A DNA stretch of 7,140 bases. Origin: a virus. Its lineage: Duplodnaviria > Heunggongvirae > Uroviricota > Caudoviricetes. The DNA lies in the IMG/VR virus record IMGVR_UViG_2695420514_000013, positions 1 to 7,140 of that record, one strand, 5' to 3'. Under the pieces are notes generated by a model that was given only the letters and a program-made list of their open reading frames with translations, did not search any database and was not told the origin of the DNA. The position numbers and the translations under genes were made by a program. Positions 6,263 to 7,140 of this stretch are shown in pieces (the stretch's first letter is position 1; the number at the start of each line of letters is the position of its first letter).

Positions 6263-6649
6263 ATGTCTCAATACGCTCGTGCCGCTTTAATTGCTTATAA
6301 TTTGGTTGCCGATAAATCAATGTCTCCTCGTGAGGCTTGGGACGCCGCTGTTGCTAAGGTTACAAAAAGCGAATCCTCAAGAAAGAAGGGATGCCCAAGG
6401 GCAACGTTTCTCGCCTTGGCGGATTGCGGTTATCTGAAGAATGTAGAACCACAGTATGGGGAGAAAAAAGGCGGTAAGTTGTACCAAAGGGCGGTTGAAG
6501 TTGCGAATCTGATTCTTGATTTACCCGGAATTAGCAAAGCTGAGTTAGTTGATAAAACTTGCTATAAAGACGGGCAAGGGTCTTATGACATTGTGCTAAC
6601 ACTCGCTCAGTGCGGATTTCTCCAACGCCCTCAGCAAGATATTAAGTGA
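6263..6649 (+). CDS. Hypothetical protein, 128 aa, internally duplicated, four Cys; no family recognised
   Basis: Clean ATG-to-TGA ORF with non-repetitive, mid-GC codon composition, unlike the AT-rich DNA upstream. Weak GGA ribosome-binding site 6 nt upstream. Followed by a hairpin plus T-run. Two homologous halves (see findings). Confidence 0.65.
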   Translation: MSQYARAALIAYNLVADKSMSPREAWDAAVAKVTKSESSRKKGCPRATFLALADCGYLKNVEPQYGEKKGGKLYQRAVEVANLILDLPGISKAELVDKTCYKDGQGSYDIVLTLAQCGFLQRPQQDIK

Positions 6650-6654
6650 TTTAT

Positions 6655-6682
6655 GGCCTCGCTGTTAGCGGGGTTTTTTCAT
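6655..6682 (+). terminator. Putative rho-independent terminator after the 128-aa ORF
   Basis: GC-rich stem CCTCGC / GCGGGG (one G-U pair) with loop TGTTA, followed by TTTTTT at 6675-6680, 6 nt after the stop codon. Confidence 0.5.
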
Positions 6683-6688
6683 ATCTGA

Positions 6689-6820
6689 ATCTCACCACCG
6701 GATGCACTGACTGGCTTCGTGGCTGTTTTCAACAGTGAGGAGGCATCGTGGCATCTCGTTGAAGACCCGCGGGGTAAGACTGTCAGTGGCGTGGCTTCAG
6801 GTAATGCGCTATCCCTTTAA
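6689..6820 (+). pseudogene. Internal fragment of a tail-fibre assembly (tfa) gene, about 43 codons, truncated at both ends
   Basis: Open frame [43 protein letters not shown] carries the Tfa core motif SW-x-x-V-x-D-x-RG-x-x-V also present in the intact Tfa at 337-939 (NSWEYVPDHRGEIVY). It resembles the central part of lambda/Rac-type Tfa as I recall it. No start codon; bounded upstream by the stop at 6686-6688 and a terminator, downstream by a stop and hairpin. Confidence 0.6.
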
Positions 6821-6822
6821 AA

Positions 6823-6847
6823 GGGAGGTTATACCTCCCTTTCTTTG
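6823..6847. terminator. Bidirectional hairpin terminator between convergent genes
   Basis: Perfect stem GGGAGG (6823-6828) / CCTCCC (6834-6839) with loop TTATA, flanked by A-run on one side and TTTCTTTG on the other. The stop codon of the - strand acetyltransferase lies in the loop. Confidence 0.6.
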
Positions 6848-7083
6848 CAAACGTTAACTTTCTTAGTATAGCAAATCGAATTTGAGGGTATATCCTTATT
6901 TACAAATGTAAAAGCACCAATTTTTACATTATCACCTATAGTAATGTTATCTGCGATAATACAGGAGTTCGCTCCAATATTTACATTGTCACCAATGCTA
7001 ATTCTATTAGTATTGTTGTTTTTTAAGCCAATTGTTGTGTTTTGCCTTATATTGAAGTTTCTACCAATTGTGGCATATTGATC
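6829..7083 (-). pseudogene. Hexapeptide-repeat (left-handed beta-helix) acetyl/acyltransferase, 3' portion; interrupted by in-frame TAG at 7084-7086, frame continues to the window edge
   Basis: The - strand translation shows tandem [LIV]-G-x-x-x-x hexads (TIGRNF NIRQNT TIGLKN ... SIGDNV NIGANS ... ITIGDN VKIGAF), typical of LacA/Maa/WbbJ-type transferases. Very AT-rich, Asn-rich codon usage. No ATG/GTG/TTG occurs in frame between the TAG and the stop, and the same frame stays open from the TAG to position 7140, so the gene looks disrupted by a single amber codon. Confidence 0.55.
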
Positions 7084-7140
7084 CTACCCATGTAATATGG
7101 ACACAAGCCTAAGCGAGGTTCTGATTTTCAAATTGTTCCG

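Noticed and set aside
7081-7140. Insertion-sequence end disrupting the acetyltransferase
   Set aside because: The sequence at the window edge does not match terminal inverted repeats of IS1, IS2, IS3, IS5, IS10 or IS30 as I recall them, and the reading frame continues through the single TAG. A point mutation explains the disruption better than an insertion.
1-7140. CRISPR arrays, tRNA or rRNA genes
   Set aside because: No regularly spaced direct repeats with unique spacers and no sequence with tRNA cloverleaf features were seen. The only tandem or direct repeats are the short ones reported above.

Overview
This window appears to cover the right end of an e14-like cryptic prophage inserted in icd, followed by flanking chromosomal or island DNA. 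Everything here is read by eye from the sequence and the ORF track; no database search or computation was run. Left to right: the 3' end of a tail-fibre gene and its tail-fibre assembly (tfa) gene on the + strand; a convergent second tfa gene and a promoterless alternative tail-fibre C-terminal cassette on the - strand; a 26-bp hix/gix-like crossover site; the Pin serine DNA invertase; the McrA HNH modification-dependent restriction endonuclease; an AT-rich spacer; and a short icd 3' remnant (icdC) with the icd terminator, marking attR. Beyond the prophage lie a convergent dienelactone-hydrolase-like gene, a divergent LysR-type regulator, about 585 bp of AT-rich ORF-poor DNA, an orphan 128-aa gene with an internal duplication, a roughly 130-bp internal fragment of a second tfa gene, and the 3' part of a hexapeptide-repeat acetyltransferase interrupted by an in-frame TAG. 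I found no CRISPR array, tRNA, rRNA or recognisable IS element. The most interesting candidates are the orphan 128-aa gene and the tfa relic next to it, which together suggest a second decayed tail-fibre module downstream of the prophage; nothing here is demonstrably a new system.
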